Source: Phycisphaerales bacterium
Lineage (GTDB): Bacteria; Planctomycetota; Phycisphaerae; Phycisphaerales; UBA1924
Direction: 5' to 3'
Length of the DNA: 64,000 bases
Assembly: GCA_044369085.1 (NCBI GenBank)
Contig: JBIPMO010000001.1
Span: 7,889-71,888 of the forward strand
Shown: piece by piece, positions 15,465-25,626 of the stretch
Numbering within the stretch: position 1 is the stretch's first letter
Layout: each line of letters begins with the position of its first letter
Program-made: the position numbers and the translations under genes
The notes under the pieces: model-generated
Databases searched by the model: none
The model's input: the letters and a program-made list of their open reading frames with translations, nothing else
What the model was told of the DNA's origin: nothing

Positions 15465-17753
15465 CTACTTGGCCTTCTCGGCGGCCGGCTGGGCGGCCAT
15501 GTGCTCGAGAATCTTCTTGATGTACGGCTCGAAGGCGGGCTGGGTGAACATCTCCACGCTCGCCTTGACCGTGCCGAGCATGTCGTCAACGGTGAGCTTG
15601 GCGCCGCCCTTGACCTTCTCGCGCAGGGCGACGGACTCCTTGGATTTGATCCCCTCATCGCTGGCCTTGATGACCAGCTCCTTGACCTCGGTGCTGGTCA
15701 GCCCGAACTGCTGAGCATCGCGCTCGATGATCGGCGCCGCGTCGGGGAGATCGATCAGCGACTTGGTGGCCTGCATGAGCATCCCCTGATCCATGCCGGA
15801 GACCATCGCGAGCGCGGCGTTCAGCCCGGCGAGTTCGGCCTCACCGGAGTAAAGCCTGCGGACCTCGTCTTCGATGGCCTTGGCCCACAGCTCGCGGAGC
15901 TTGGGCATATCGATCTTGCCCGAACCCTTGTCGTAAACCTGGGACGCGATCGGGCCGAGCAGCTGGAAGTGGAAGTTGCGCAGGCTGACCGCTTCGTACG
16001 GGCTGAACGAGCGACCGGCCTGGATCAGCCCGCCTTTGATGGCGCGGCGCTCAAGGTTGAGGATCGGGGGCCAGATCAGCACATCGCTCCCGCCGTACCC
16101 GACCGAGTCGGCATACCCGGACTTCCCGTCCGGGCCGACGGAGAACAGGATGAACTCCGTCTGATCGATCCCCACCTCGAACGGTTGACCGCGACGCACC
16201 GCTTCGCCCGTGTACAAGAGCGGGCGATTGGCGCTCGGGCTGGCGATCTTGATGTCGGGCTTGTCATCCACCGGGACATCTTCATCCCCCGTGCCGAAGC
16301 CTCCGGGGCCCTTGGGGCTGTCCTTCTTTTCAGCAGCGGCGTCCGGAGCCGCCTGTGCGGCGGGCGCCGTCGACGGCGTTGCCGGGCCCATGTTGACGCG
16401 CACGGCCCGGGGTTTCTTCTCTTCCCGCTCTCCGAAGTCTTCATCGCGGATCGGGACGAAGTACCGAAAGTCAAGCCGCTGCTCGCGCTCCGACTCGAAG
16501 AACCAAGGATCAAAGTCGAGCTTCTGGATGTATCTCGGCTGAACGGCGGGGAGCACCGGCGGCCAGTCCTTCATCCCGGCGCGGTACCCGACAATCGCCA
16601 TCGAGGTGCGAGTGCCCGCGAGCTCGGTCTGAAGCACCGCTCGCAGGTCAAACAACAGGTCCATGCCCTGCAGGACCTCGTGGACCATCGCGAACTTGGC
16701 GATGTCGGTTTTCGTCCAGTCTTCCGGCTGGTCCATGTAGGGATCGAACATGTTGTTGAGGTTCCAGCGCTTCTCCCAGTCGCCGTAGACCTTCTCGATC
16801 TGGTCGCGAGTGTCGAACCAGCCCGCGTGCTGGGCCTCGATCCCCGCCCAGTAGCCCGCCTGCGCGAAGCGGTTCACGGCCCTCCCATGCGACGAGATGC
16901 CCGCCATCGTCGCCGCAAAGATGCCCGGCTTCACGCCGCCGCGGTCCTCGATCGTCAGGGCCATGAGCTGCTGCAGGGCCTGCTTCTCACCGGTCGGGAA
17001 GCGGACACGCCCGGGGAGGATCGCCCGAAGGTCGAGCTCGTCCACGGCGTAGCGCGCGTCCTCGACGCGCAGCACGTCGCGGTGGAGGCACGCGATGTCA
17101 CGGAGGCGCTCGAGCCCGTCGATCATCGCGCGACCGGCCCAGAGCATCTCCCGATGGAAGGGGCGGTCGGCCACGGCGCGACCGAAGCGGACCCACGCCA
17201 CCATCGTCTCCACGAGCGCCTTGGGCTCTTTCTGCACCGCGAGGCGCTCGGCCTCGACCGTCAGCAGGAGCAGCATGTTGTCGAACGCTTCGAGGTATCG
17301 CAGACCGTTGTTGGCCGCCGCGAGCAGTTCGGGCTTGCCCAGATCGACGTAGAGCCCCGCCTTCACCCATGCGGGGTCGGCGGCGGCCTCGCCGTACTTC
17401 AGGTTGAACGCCCACTTGCCCTTGGGGTCCGTCACCTTCTTCAGAGCGGCGATGACGGCCTGCTGCTTCTCGGATTTGGCCCACGTCTCCCACGCCGACC
17501 AGCCTTCGGATTCGCTGGTCATCAGGGAGGCGTCGCGCAGGTCGATCTCGGCGGGCGGCGGCTCCATCGCGGCCAGGGCGGGGAAAAGCTCGGGAGTCAG
17601 GTCCTTGGTGCCCGACGCGGCGATGCTCGCGTTGAAGGCCGCGACCGGGTTGGCGGCGGCCTCTCCCTGCCGCGCGGCCGAGGGAGACGAGGACAACAGC
17701 ACGAGGGCGACGCCGGCGGCGAGGGCCGCGCTCAAGTTCTTTCGCAGTGACAC
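15465..17753 (-). CDS. large exported protein of unknown function
   Basis: GTG 17753 with AGGAG upstream, then a signal-like LSAALAAGVALVLLSSSPSAA. G/C-rich third codon positions throughout. I recognise no motif. The ORF opens at 17867. Confidence 0.7.
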   Translation of the reverse strand: MSLRKNLSAALAAGVALVLLSSSPSAARQGEAAANPVAAFNASIAASGTKDLTPELFPALAAMEPPPAEIDLRDASLMTSESEGWSAWETWAKSEKQQAVIAALKKVTDPKGKWAFNLKYGEAAADPAWVKAGLYVDLGKPELLAAANNGLRYLEAFDNMLLLLTVEAERLAVQKEPKALVETMVAWVRFGRAVADRPFHREMLWAGRAMIDGLERLRDIACLHRDVLRVEDARYAVDELDLRAILPGRVRFPTGEKQALQQLMALTIEDRGGVKPGIFAATMAGISSHGRAVNRFAQAGYWAGIEAQHAGWFDTRDQIEKVYGDWEKRWNLNNMFDPYMDQPEDWTKTDIAKFAMVHEVLQGMDLLFDLRAVLQTELAGTRTSMAIVGYRAGMKDWPPVLPAVQPRYIQKLDFDPWFFESEREQRLDFRYFVPIRDEDFGEREEKKPRAVRVNMGPATPSTAPAAQAAPDAAAEKKDSPKGPGGFGTGDEDVPVDDKPDIKIASPSANRPLLYTGEAVRRGQPFEVGIDQTEFILFSVGPDGKSGYADSVGYGGSDVLIWPPILNLERRAIKGGLIQAGRSFSPYEAVSLRNFHFQLLGPIASQVYDKGSGKIDMPKLRELWAKAIEDEVRRLYSGEAELAGLNAALAMVSGMDQGMLMQATKSLIDLPDAAPIIERDAQQFGLTSTEVKELVIKASDEGIKSKESVALREKVKGGAKLTVDDMLGTVKASVEMFTQPAFEPYIKKILEHMAAQPAAEKAK

Positions 17754-17923
17754 GGGAGGAGACTCCTGCGGCGGATGGGGAATCACAGGCCCGGAAGTTG
17801 CAGACGGGCAGGGGGATTCTAACGGTGAAATCGCCCCGCGGATGCCGGAAGCCTCCCTCGACCTCACGGTTTCCCGTTACGCTTGCCGGGCGGCCCGTTT
17901 ACCCCCCTTTCGGAGATTGACCC

Positions 17924-19051
17924 ATGATCGTCGGCGTGCCCGCGGAAGTGAAGCAGGACGAGTACCGGGTCGGCATGCGCCCCGTGGGTGTCGAACTCCT
18001 CCGGAGGGACGGGCACACCGTCCTGATCCAGAGCGGAGCCGGGCGAGGGTCCGGCTACGAGGACGAGGACTACACCCGTGCCGGGGCGACCATCGTGAGC
18101 GGTGCCGAACGGGTCTGGGGCGAGGCGGGGCTGATCGTCAAGGTCAAGGAGCCCCAGCCGCGCGAGATCTCGATGATGCGCCGCGGGCAACAGGTGTTCA
18201 CCTACTTCCACTTCGCGGCCGACAAGGCGCTGACCGTGGGGTGCCTGGAGTCCGGCATCACCGCCGTCGTCTACGAAACACTCGAGCAGCCAGGGTCGCA
18301 GGGCCGCGTGACGCTTCCCCTGCTGACACCCATGAGCGAAGTCGCGGGCAAAATGAGCGTGCAGGAAGGTGCCAAGTATCTCGAGCGTCCGCAGGGCGGC
18401 CGCGGCATCCTGCTCGGCGGGGTCACGGGCACTCCCCCGGCCAATGTGCTCGTGCTCGGCGGGGGTGTCGTGGGCATCAACGCCGCTCGCATGGCCGCGG
18501 GGCTGGGCGCCAACGTCATCGTCACCGACATCAACCTCGATCGCCTGCGGTACCTCGACGAGGTCATGCCGCCCAACGTCCACCCGACCTACTCCGAGCC
18601 GCACGCGATCCGCGAGGCGATCAAATCGTCCGACCTCGTGGTCGGCGGCGTTCTGATCTCCGGCGCCAAGGCGCCGCACCTGATCTCGCGCGCCGACCTC
18701 AAGACCATGCCCCCGGGCAGCGTCATCGTCGATGTCTCGATCGATCAGGGCGGGTGCGTGGAGACCAGCCGGCCCACCACCCACGCCGACCCCATCTACA
18801 AGGTCGATGAGGTGATCCACTACTGCGTAGCCAACATCCCGGGGGCCGTCCCGCGGACCAGCACGCAGGCTCTCACCAACGCCACCTTGCCATGGGTGCT
18901 GCGGCTCGCGGCACGCGGGGCCCACGCCATGGCCGATGAGGATGTCGGCTTTGCCATGGCGATCAACATGGATGCGGGCAACCTGTACAACAAGCCGGTT
19001 GCCCAGGCTCACGGGCTGACGGCAGTGAAGGCGCCGTTTGCGATGCGGTAA
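17924..19051 (+). CDS. ald: alanine dehydrogenase
   Basis: MIVGVPAEVKQDEYRVGMRP at the N-terminus and an NAD-binding VLVLGGGVVGINAA motif. Confidence 0.95.
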   Translation: MIVGVPAEVKQDEYRVGMRPVGVELLRRDGHTVLIQSGAGRGSGYEDEDYTRAGATIVSGAERVWGEAGLIVKVKEPQPREISMMRRGQQVFTYFHFAADKALTVGCLESGITAVVYETLEQPGSQGRVTLPLLTPMSEVAGKMSVQEGAKYLERPQGGRGILLGGVTGTPPANVLVLGGGVVGINAARMAAGLGANVIVTDINLDRLRYLDEVMPPNVHPTYSEPHAIREAIKSSDLVVGGVLISGAKAPHLISRADLKTMPPGSVIVDVSIDQGGCVETSRPTTHADPIYKVDEVIHYCVANIPGAVPRTSTQALTNATLPWVLRLAARGAHAMADEDVGFAMAINMDAGNLYNKPVAQAHGLTAVKAPFAMR

Positions 19052-19077
19052 TCGTGGCGAGCGATCCGAACGGGCCG

Positions 19078-19869
19078 CTACCGATCGCTGACCGGGCGGC
19101 CAAAGACCTCCGCGAGCACGATCGCTCGCCTCAGCGACTCCGAGGTCGCGGCCCCGGACTTATCGAAAATCAGCCCGCGGGCCCCTCCGAGCGGCTTGGC
19201 CGCCGATGCGGCGCGCGATGAGGCCGCCGCCAGGCGACGATCGCGATCCTGCGCTGCCAGTTCTGCCGCGCGGCGTTCCGCATCGCGAGCCTCGATCCGT
19301 GAGGCCATCTGCGCCGCGGCTTCACGCTCGGACTGCTCCCGCAGTCGACGCGCCTGAAGCATGGCAGGCTCGTTCCCGCTCGCGAACGTCGGGGGCTGGG
19401 TTTCCTTGGCGCGAACGGGCGGCTGCTGCGGGTCCCGACGCTGTGTCCGCTGGGCACCGGCGTTCGGGCCGCGCTGGATTACGACCTGACCACGTGCAGG
19501 GCGCTGCGGCTGCTGGGGGCCCGGAACGCCCAACGTGCCCGGGATGCCGGCGCCGCCGGAGTTTCCGGGCGATGGCCCGCGCACCACCACCACGCCCCCC
19601 TGGGCCCGCGCGCGCTCCTCCACCTGCTGCCGGCGGAGCTCCTGCAACTGCGCCTGGCGACGCGCTGCAAGGTCCGCTGCGGGATCCTTGGCGCGGACGG
19701 GCTCATCGACGGGGCGACCGGTCCGCAGCGATTCCTCGAACCGCCGTTTCTGCTCATCCTTGGCCTTCTTGATCCGGGACTGCTCCTTGAGGTACCCGAT
19801 GACCCACGACAGCGCTGAGAACGCCATCACGATCAGGAAAATGATGAGCTGGCTGTTGTTGCCCTGCAT
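19078..19869 (-). CDS. membrane-anchored Arg/Gln/Pro-rich protein (hypothetical)
   Basis: N-terminal TM (LIIFLIVMAFSALSWVIGYL) followed by low-complexity charged sequence. Confidence 0.6.
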   Translation of the reverse strand: MQGNNSQLIIFLIVMAFSALSWVIGYLKEQSRIKKAKDEQKRRFEESLRTGRPVDEPVRAKDPAADLAARRQAQLQELRRQQVEERARAQGGVVVVRGPSPGNSGGAGIPGTLGVPGPQQPQRPARGQVVIQRGPNAGAQRTQRRDPQQPPVRAKETQPPTFASGNEPAMLQARRLREQSEREAAAQMASRIEARDAERRAAELAAQDRDRRLAAASSRAASAAKPLGGARGLIFDKSGAATSESLRRAIVLAEVFGRPVSDR

Positions 19870-19953
19870 GCGCTGGTTCCTGGGTGAGCAGTCAGATGGT
19901 AGGTCATCGGTGCGGGCCCCGCGGCCCCGGCCCCGGCTCGGCTCGGTTCGCAG

Positions 19954-20757
19954 CTAGATGCTCCGCACCGCACGGCGGCAGATGCGCTCGGTCGGCTTGC
20001 ACCGACTCTCCTTGAGCCAGCGGGCGCACAGGCTCCTCACCCAGTCGGGCTGGCTCTTTGCCGCGTCGTTGAGCCAGTTGCTCACCGAGTCCTGGACGTA
20101 CTTGGTCGGGTCTGCTCGGAGCGGCTCGAGCAGCGAGACCGCGGGGGCGGGGTCCCGCTTCAGTGCATCGATGTGCGAGCACCAGACACCCCGCGGGCGG
20201 GTGATCTCAGTCGCGTACCTGCGCAGGTTGGCCGACCCCTCAGAGGTCCAAGGCTCCAGCAGCCCGATCGCGGCGGGCAGATCGGCCGCGATGTGCGGCC
20301 GCAGCGCGATCCACGCCCATTCCCGCACGCCGGAGTTCGGGTCGTCGGCCAGCCGTCTCACCTCCGCCAGCCGTTGCGGCAGAGATCGACGCTCGCGAGC
20401 CGCGACCATGTAGCAAGCCCAGCCGCGGACGACATCGGATGCGTGCGTTGCGAATCGCGGAACCGCGCCCGGCCCCAGCCGCTGGACCAGCAGCCTCCCC
20501 GCCGTGCTCATCCGCTGAACAACTCCGCCCGCGCTTCGAACAAGCCCCGGCGCATCGTCGCCGGCATCCGGCGCGACAGCGCGCATCAGCACCCCCATGT
20601 CAACGGAGAGGAACTCGGCGAGGCTCGCGGTCTCGATCTCGCCGTTGTTCATCCTCCGAAGCGCTGCCGGCGCGACGTCGGCCATGCGGCGTGCACCCTT
20701 GCGCGCCGGAGCGACTTTGGCTGATCGCGAGGCTGCATCGGCGGACGGTCTGGGCAT
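19954..20757 (-). CDS. DNA alkylation repair (AlkD-like HEAT) family protein
   Basis: VREWAWIALRP, NLRRYATEITRPRGVW and YVQDSVSNWLNDAAK match the family pattern. Confidence 0.75.
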   Translation of the reverse strand: MPRPSADAASRSAKVAPARKGARRMADVAPAALRRMNNGEIETASLAEFLSVDMGVLMRAVAPDAGDDAPGLVRSAGGVVQRMSTAGRLLVQRLGPGAVPRFATHASDVVRGWACYMVAARERRSLPQRLAEVRRLADDPNSGVREWAWIALRPHIAADLPAAIGLLEPWTSEGSANLRRYATEITRPRGVWCSHIDALKRDPAPAVSLLEPLRADPTKYVQDSVSNWLNDAAKSQPDWVRSLCARWLKESRCKPTERICRRAVRSI

Positions 20758-20813
20758 CGCGTGATCCTAGATCAACTCCAACCGAGAAGATCGCGTCAAG
20801 GTCAAAGGGACCC

Positions 20814-22748
20814 TCAGGCTTCCGGCTTCTCAACGCCACGCGCGCGCGGGTCGCGGATGATGAGCGAGACCCCTTCGGGGAGTCGTGACGCGACTTCGGA
20901 GATGATGTCCCCGCTCAGGGCGCGGGCGAAGGTTCGTCTTGTGGTCTTGCCCATGATGAGCGTGTCGCAGCCGAAGGTCGCGCAGTAGTCAAGGATCTCT
21001 TCGGCGATGTCCGGGCTGCAGACGTAGATGGGGACGAAGGGGACACCCGCGGTGCGTGCGAGCATCGCGACGGTGCCCAGGGCTTCGAGGCTGTCGTGAT
21101 CGTCCTGCAGACGGATCGTCTGGCCGGGGGCCTGATCCGAGACGCGCAGGGTGCGGATGTGGATGGCAAAGAGGGTGGCGCCGCGTTTGCGCGCGAGGTC
21201 GACGGCGTACTCGGCCTGGAAGCGTCCGCGAGCCGCGAGCAGGATGCGCGGGCGATCGGAAGAAAGGTCCACAGGCCCGCGATCGACCTCTGTGATCCAG
21301 CCGGTGTCGGGCTCCATCAGCGGCTCGCCCTCGAGGCGCTTCTGGGCGTGGAGCATGTGCCTGGTGACGAGGACCGCGACGATGACCCCGCCCGCGAAGA
21401 TGGCGGCGTGGAGCTTGGTGGCGATGATCGTCAGTTCGACGCACGCGAGGATGCCGCCCAGCGTGAGCATCCCGGCGCGCTGGCCGCGCGTGATGGGCAG
21501 CTTCTTGTTGAAGGTGCACGAGAGGACGTTGATCGTGATCGCGCCGACCACGCCCACGGCGTAGAGGTCCGCCAGGTGCTTCACGTCGCGCTCGATCAGC
21601 AGCACGATGATCGGGGTCGACGCGCCGATGGCCAGCGGGATGAGCGGGACACCCGAATAGTTCAGCCTGGTCAGCCCACGGGGCAGTTCGCGGTCCCGGG
21701 CCATCGCGTATAGGACGGAAATGATCCCGCCGATCGCGGTGTTGGCGGCGGAAAGCAGCAGCAGCCCGAAGACCATCGCCGCGATGAGCGCAAACCAGCC
21801 CGGCATGGTCTGCTGGGCCAGGACGTTCATCGCGGTAGTGAGGTACTCGTTGACTTCAGCGGGAGGTGTGGCACCGGCGTGCGTGATGGCGTCGGGGATG
21901 GTGACGGGCTTGAGCGCCGGGATGCCGTTGAGCGCCACGCCGAAGATCAGGTTGAGGATCGCGACCTCGATGAGCACGGGCCAGATGGTGCGCCGCGAGG
22001 TGCGTGCGACCGGCTCCTTCATGATGCCGGTCATGTTCGCCACCGCCTCGACCCCCGAGAGGGCCAGCACGATGTGGACAAAGCTGCGCCAGCGGTCCCA
22101 CGCCGGCTGCTGTGCGCCCAGCGAGACCGTCTGGAGCCCCTCGATGAACAGCGGGATGCAGGCGACGGCGAGGATCAGTGAGACCAGCACCGCCGCCGTC
22201 GCCACGATGAGCGCAAGACTCCCGGACGACTTGGCACCGAACCAGTTGATCGCGCCGATGCACGCGATGACCACGCACGAGGTGCCGACGATCAGCCACC
22301 CGCCCGGCCCCTCGGGGCAGCCGAAGTAGTGCATCGCCTCCAGGGTCGAGAGCGACGCGGTGACGACGTAGTCGCAGACCAGCAGCGTCGCCCCGACGAC
22401 CGCCAGAACCGGATGGATCTGTCTGGCGGCTGTGTAGACACCGCCGCCGTCGGGAAAGCACCGGCAGATGATCGAGTACGCCCAGGCGACAGCCGTCATC
22501 AGCAGCGACATCGCCACCAGGTAGATCGCCGAGGCGTGCGCCGTATAGAAGAACGCCAGACCCAGAACGTACAGGCGGCTGGTGCCCCAATCCCCGAACA
22601 AAAGGGGACCGGCGTGGTGCCATGCCAAGTTGCGCGGTCGCTTTGATGAAACAAGCACGGCGTTTGGTCCACCCATCCCACGGAGCGTGTGCGTCAGCAC
22701 CCGTTCACTGCCCGGCAGCATAACTCCCCAGCAGGCTGACCGATCCAA
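20814..22748 (-). CDS. APC-family permease fused to a C-terminal universal stress protein domain
   Basis: About 12 TM segments (GPLLFGDWGTSRLYVLG...) plus a USP fold (RILLAARG..., CDTLIMGKTTRR). Start uncertain; alternative at 22676. Confidence 0.8.
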   Translation of the reverse strand: MDRSACWGVMLPGSERVLTHTLRGMGGPNAVLVSSKRPRNLAWHHAGPLLFGDWGTSRLYVLGLAFFYTAHASAIYLVAMSLLMTAVAWAYSIICRCFPDGGGVYTAARQIHPVLAVVGATLLVCDYVVTASLSTLEAMHYFGCPEGPGGWLIVGTSCVVIACIGAINWFGAKSSGSLALIVATAAVLVSLILAVACIPLFIEGLQTVSLGAQQPAWDRWRSFVHIVLALSGVEAVANMTGIMKEPVARTSRRTIWPVLIEVAILNLIFGVALNGIPALKPVTIPDAITHAGATPPAEVNEYLTTAMNVLAQQTMPGWFALIAAMVFGLLLLSAANTAIGGIISVLYAMARDRELPRGLTRLNYSGVPLIPLAIGASTPIIVLLIERDVKHLADLYAVGVVGAITINVLSCTFNKKLPITRGQRAGMLTLGGILACVELTIIATKLHAAIFAGGVIVAVLVTRHMLHAQKRLEGEPLMEPDTGWITEVDRGPVDLSSDRPRILLAARGRFQAEYAVDLARKRGATLFAIHIRTLRVSDQAPGQTIRLQDDHDSLEALGTVAMLARTAGVPFVPIYVCSPDIAEEILDYCATFGCDTLIMGKTTRRTFARALSGDIISEVASRLPEGVSLIIRDPRARGVEKPEA

Positions 22749-22793
22749 ACCCCTCTACCCACTGGGGATTCGGTGCCGCCGCGGGCCCGTACC

Positions 22794-24014
22794 TCAGCCG
22801 CCCTCGCCAAGAGCAAATGCATCATGAACCACCCGAAGGGCCCGCTCGCCATCGGCCTTGTTGATGATCGCGCTGATCTTGATCTCGCTGGTCGTGATGT
22901 TGGCGATGTTGATCCCTGCATCCGCCAGCGCCCGGAACATCAGGGCGGCCGTGGCGGCGTGGCTGCGGATCCCAACACCCACCGCCGAGACCTTCGAGAA
23001 CCCGACATCGATCGTGGCCTGGCCGCCCCCGATCTCCCGCAGCAGGCCGTCGAGCACCGGGCGGATATCCGCCAGGTCGTTGTGCTCGACGGTGAACGAC
23101 ATCGTGGCGGTCCCGCTGCCAGTGACCGTCTGGATGATGTCATCCACCGTGATGCTCGCCTCGGCCAGGCACGCGAACACGCGGGCCGCGACGCCCGGCG
23201 AATCAGGGAGCGCTGTCAGCGTCACGCGCCCGAGGTTCTGCTTGAGCGCTGCGCCGGTCAGTTCCATCTTTTCCACTTGCTGTTCCTCCGGGCAGATGAG
23301 CGTGCCCGCATCGGTCTTGTGGCTGTGGCGGACGTGGATCGGGACCTTGTACAGCGCGCCGAACTTGATCGACCGGTCGTGCATCACCTTCGCGCCCAGC
23401 GAGGCCATCTCGAGCATCGCCTCGTACGAGATCGTGCGCAGCTTGCGAGCGGTCGGGACGATGCGCGGGTCGGCGGTGTACACCCCGTCCACATCGGTGA
23501 AGATGTCGCACACGTTCGCCCGCACCGCGGCCGCGACGGCCACCGCTGTGGTGTCGCTGCCCCCGCGGCCCAGCGTCGTGATGTCGCCCCCCGCCGTCAC
23601 CCCCTGGAACCCCGCGACCACCGCGACCCTGCCCTCGGCCAGCGCCCGCTTCAGCCGATCGGCCCCCACTTCCACGATCGCGGCCTTGGTGTACACATCA
23701 TCCGTGGTCATGCCGATCTGACCGCCCGTGAAGCTGATCGCGGGCTGGCCAATCGCTTCCAGGGTCATCGCGAACAGCGCGATCGAGATCTGCTCGCCCG
23801 TGGACAGCAGCATGTCGAGCTCGCGCTTGGGCGGAGCCTCCATCACCTCGCGAGCCATGGCGAGCAGGCCATCGGTCGTCTTGCCCATTGCGGAAACGAC
23901 GACGATGACCGAGTTCCCCCGGGCCCGCTCTTCGAGCGTACGCTCGGCGCACGCGCGGATCTTGGAGAGATCCGCGACGGACGAGCCGCCGAATTTTTGC
24001 ACGACGATGGGCAT
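22794..24014 (-). CDS. lysC: aspartate kinase
   Basis: MPIVVQKFGGSSV, VVVVSAMGKTTD and C-terminal ACT repeats. The ORF opens at GTG 24032. Confidence 0.95.
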   Translation of the reverse strand: MPIVVQKFGGSSVADLSKIRACAERTLEERARGNSVIVVVSAMGKTTDGLLAMAREVMEAPPKRELDMLLSTGEQISIALFAMTLEAIGQPAISFTGGQIGMTTDDVYTKAAIVEVGADRLKRALAEGRVAVVAGFQGVTAGGDITTLGRGGSDTTAVAVAAAVRANVCDIFTDVDGVYTADPRIVPTARKLRTISYEAMLEMASLGAKVMHDRSIKFGALYKVPIHVRHSHKTDAGTLICPEEQQVEKMELTGAALKQNLGRVTLTALPDSPGVAARVFACLAEASITVDDIIQTVTGSGTATMSFTVEHNDLADIRPVLDGLLREIGGGQATIDVGFSKVSAVGVGIRSHAATAALMFRALADAGINIANITTSEIKISAIINKADGERALRVVHDAFALGEGG

Positions 24015-24079
24015 GATGACGCCGGGAAGCACTCGCAGTTCGTGAACTCAGTTCCTATCGGTCGCAAAGGCAATGCCCA

Positions 24080-24703
24080 TCAGCTCTGGGGCTGCTCCTT
24101 CAACAGAGCCTCGATCATCTCCTGCACCCCGCTCGGCGTCAGCCCGGCACCCCGGATGACACCCTGCCGGTCGACCACAAAGTAGTAGGGCCACCACGTC
24201 ACTCCCCAATCCGCGGCCGACCGGCCCGTCTGGTCCTGCGCGGTGGGGTACTTCATGCCCGTGGCTTCCACCGCGGCGGGCATCGTGCCGCCGCTGCGCT
24301 CCTGGCTGTTGCACACGCCGATCACCTGAACGCCGCGGTCCTTGTAGGTCTCCTGCAGCGCGTTGGTGCTCGGCACCGATGCCCGGCAAGGCCGGCACCA
24401 GGTGGCCCAGAACTGCACCACCACGATCTTACCCTTGAGCTTGTCCAGACTCTGATCGCCGTTGATCCACGAGCCGACGGTGAAGGCCTTGGCGGGCTTG
24501 TCGAGTTGCCCCTGGATCCGGGCCCACTTGGCATCATCGCCCCAGGCGTAGGTCCACTCCTTCTTGCAGGCAGCGCGTGGAGCCGGTGCCGAGGCCGGCG
24601 GGGCCGGCGCTTCTTCGGCACGAGCGGGCATCGATAGCTGCGCGACCCCAATGCCACCCACAGCGAGGAGCCCAAACGCAAGGGACGAACGAGAAACGCG
24701 CAT
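24080..24703 (-). CDS. TlpA-like periplasmic thiol:disulfide oxidoreductase
   Basis: ATG 24703 is preceded by GGAAAGGAGG. It has a signal peptide and the active site FWATWCRPC. Confidence 0.85.
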   Translation of the reverse strand: MRVSRSSLAFGLLAVGGIGVAQLSMPARAEEAPAPPASAPAPRAACKKEWTYAWGDDAKWARIQGQLDKPAKAFTVGSWINGDQSLDKLKGKIVVVQFWATWCRPCRASVPSTNALQETYKDRGVQVIGVCNSQERSGGTMPAAVEATGMKYPTAQDQTGRSAADWGVTWWPYYFVVDRQGVIRGAGLTPSGVQEMIEALLKEQPQS

Positions 24704-24759
24704 CACCGCCTCCTTTCCCGGAACGAACCGGTGATGGTAGCGGAGCATGTGCTGGCGGA

Positions 24760-25626
24760 TCAGGGCATCGAGATGGCTTCGGCAGCGCTCGAAGGAACCC
24801 ACGTCTGCCGACCATCCGCGAGGCTCAGGAGCGTCCAACCTGGACGAGTCTCGACCAGCCTCGCCTCGACCCCGCCCGATAACGGCTCGGTGAACGAAGG
24901 CTCGTAGGCGTTCTCATCGGGCCCCTTGCGGCCGATGACCTGCTGCGCCGTGACGACGGCATCGACCGCCTTGCCGGAGCCCGATGCATCGACCCCCAGC
25001 GACACACCCAGGATCGCAGCCACCACGCCCGCCCCGCCCGCGAGCCACCACCCACGCCCGCGGACGAAGCCGATCAGCCCCAAGAGCCCCAGCCCCCACG
25101 CGGCGGCGTTGGCCAGCGCGAACGCCCAGAAGCGCACCCGCGCTGGGATGCCCTCGTGCCAGAACAGCAGCGCCGAACGAACGCGGCGGTCGGCCGCGGC
25201 ATCGATCCGCGTTGTCACGCGCGAGCGCGCGTACGCGAGGTTCTGTACCAGGTTGGGATCGCCGGGCATCAAGCGCTCCGCTCGACGGTAGTTCAGGATC
25301 GCACGGCCCAGGTCGCCGCGGAGCAGGTACGAGTTCGCGAGGTTGTAGAAAAGTCGGCCGTTGCTGATCCCGCCCTCATCCACGAGCCGCGAAAAGGCCG
25401 TGATGGATGCATCGAGGGCCTCAAGCCCCTTGGCCCGGTCTTTCTCGATCAGGCCCGCCCCCTGGGCGAACTGCTTGGATGCCTCGGCGAGCAGCGCCTC
25501 TTGTTGTTCCCGGGGAAGCGCGGCGAGCGCGGGCTGAAAGCCAAGGCACATGAGCAGAACGGGGATGAGGAGCAGCCGAAGAACACGCGATCGAGCCATG
25601 TTCACGCTGCCGTGGGTGATGCTCAC
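24760..25626 (-). CDS. batE: BatE-like TPR plus SH3-like domain membrane protein
   Basis: TPR units (YNLANSYLLRGDLGRAILNYRRAERL), TM helices and a C-terminal SH3-like segment. Its GTG overlaps the batD stop (GTGA). Confidence 0.65.
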   Translation of the reverse strand: MSITHGSVNMARSRVLRLLLIPVLLMCLGFQPALAALPREQQEALLAEASKQFAQGAGLIEKDRAKGLEALDASITAFSRLVDEGGISNGRLFYNLANSYLLRGDLGRAILNYRRAERLMPGDPNLVQNLAYARSRVTTRIDAAADRRVRSALLFWHEGIPARVRFWAFALANAAAWGLGLLGLIGFVRGRGWWLAGGAGVVAAILGVSLGVDASGSGKAVDAVVTAQQVIGRKGPDENAYEPSFTEPLSGGVEARLVETRPGWTLLSLADGRQTWVPSSAAEAISMP

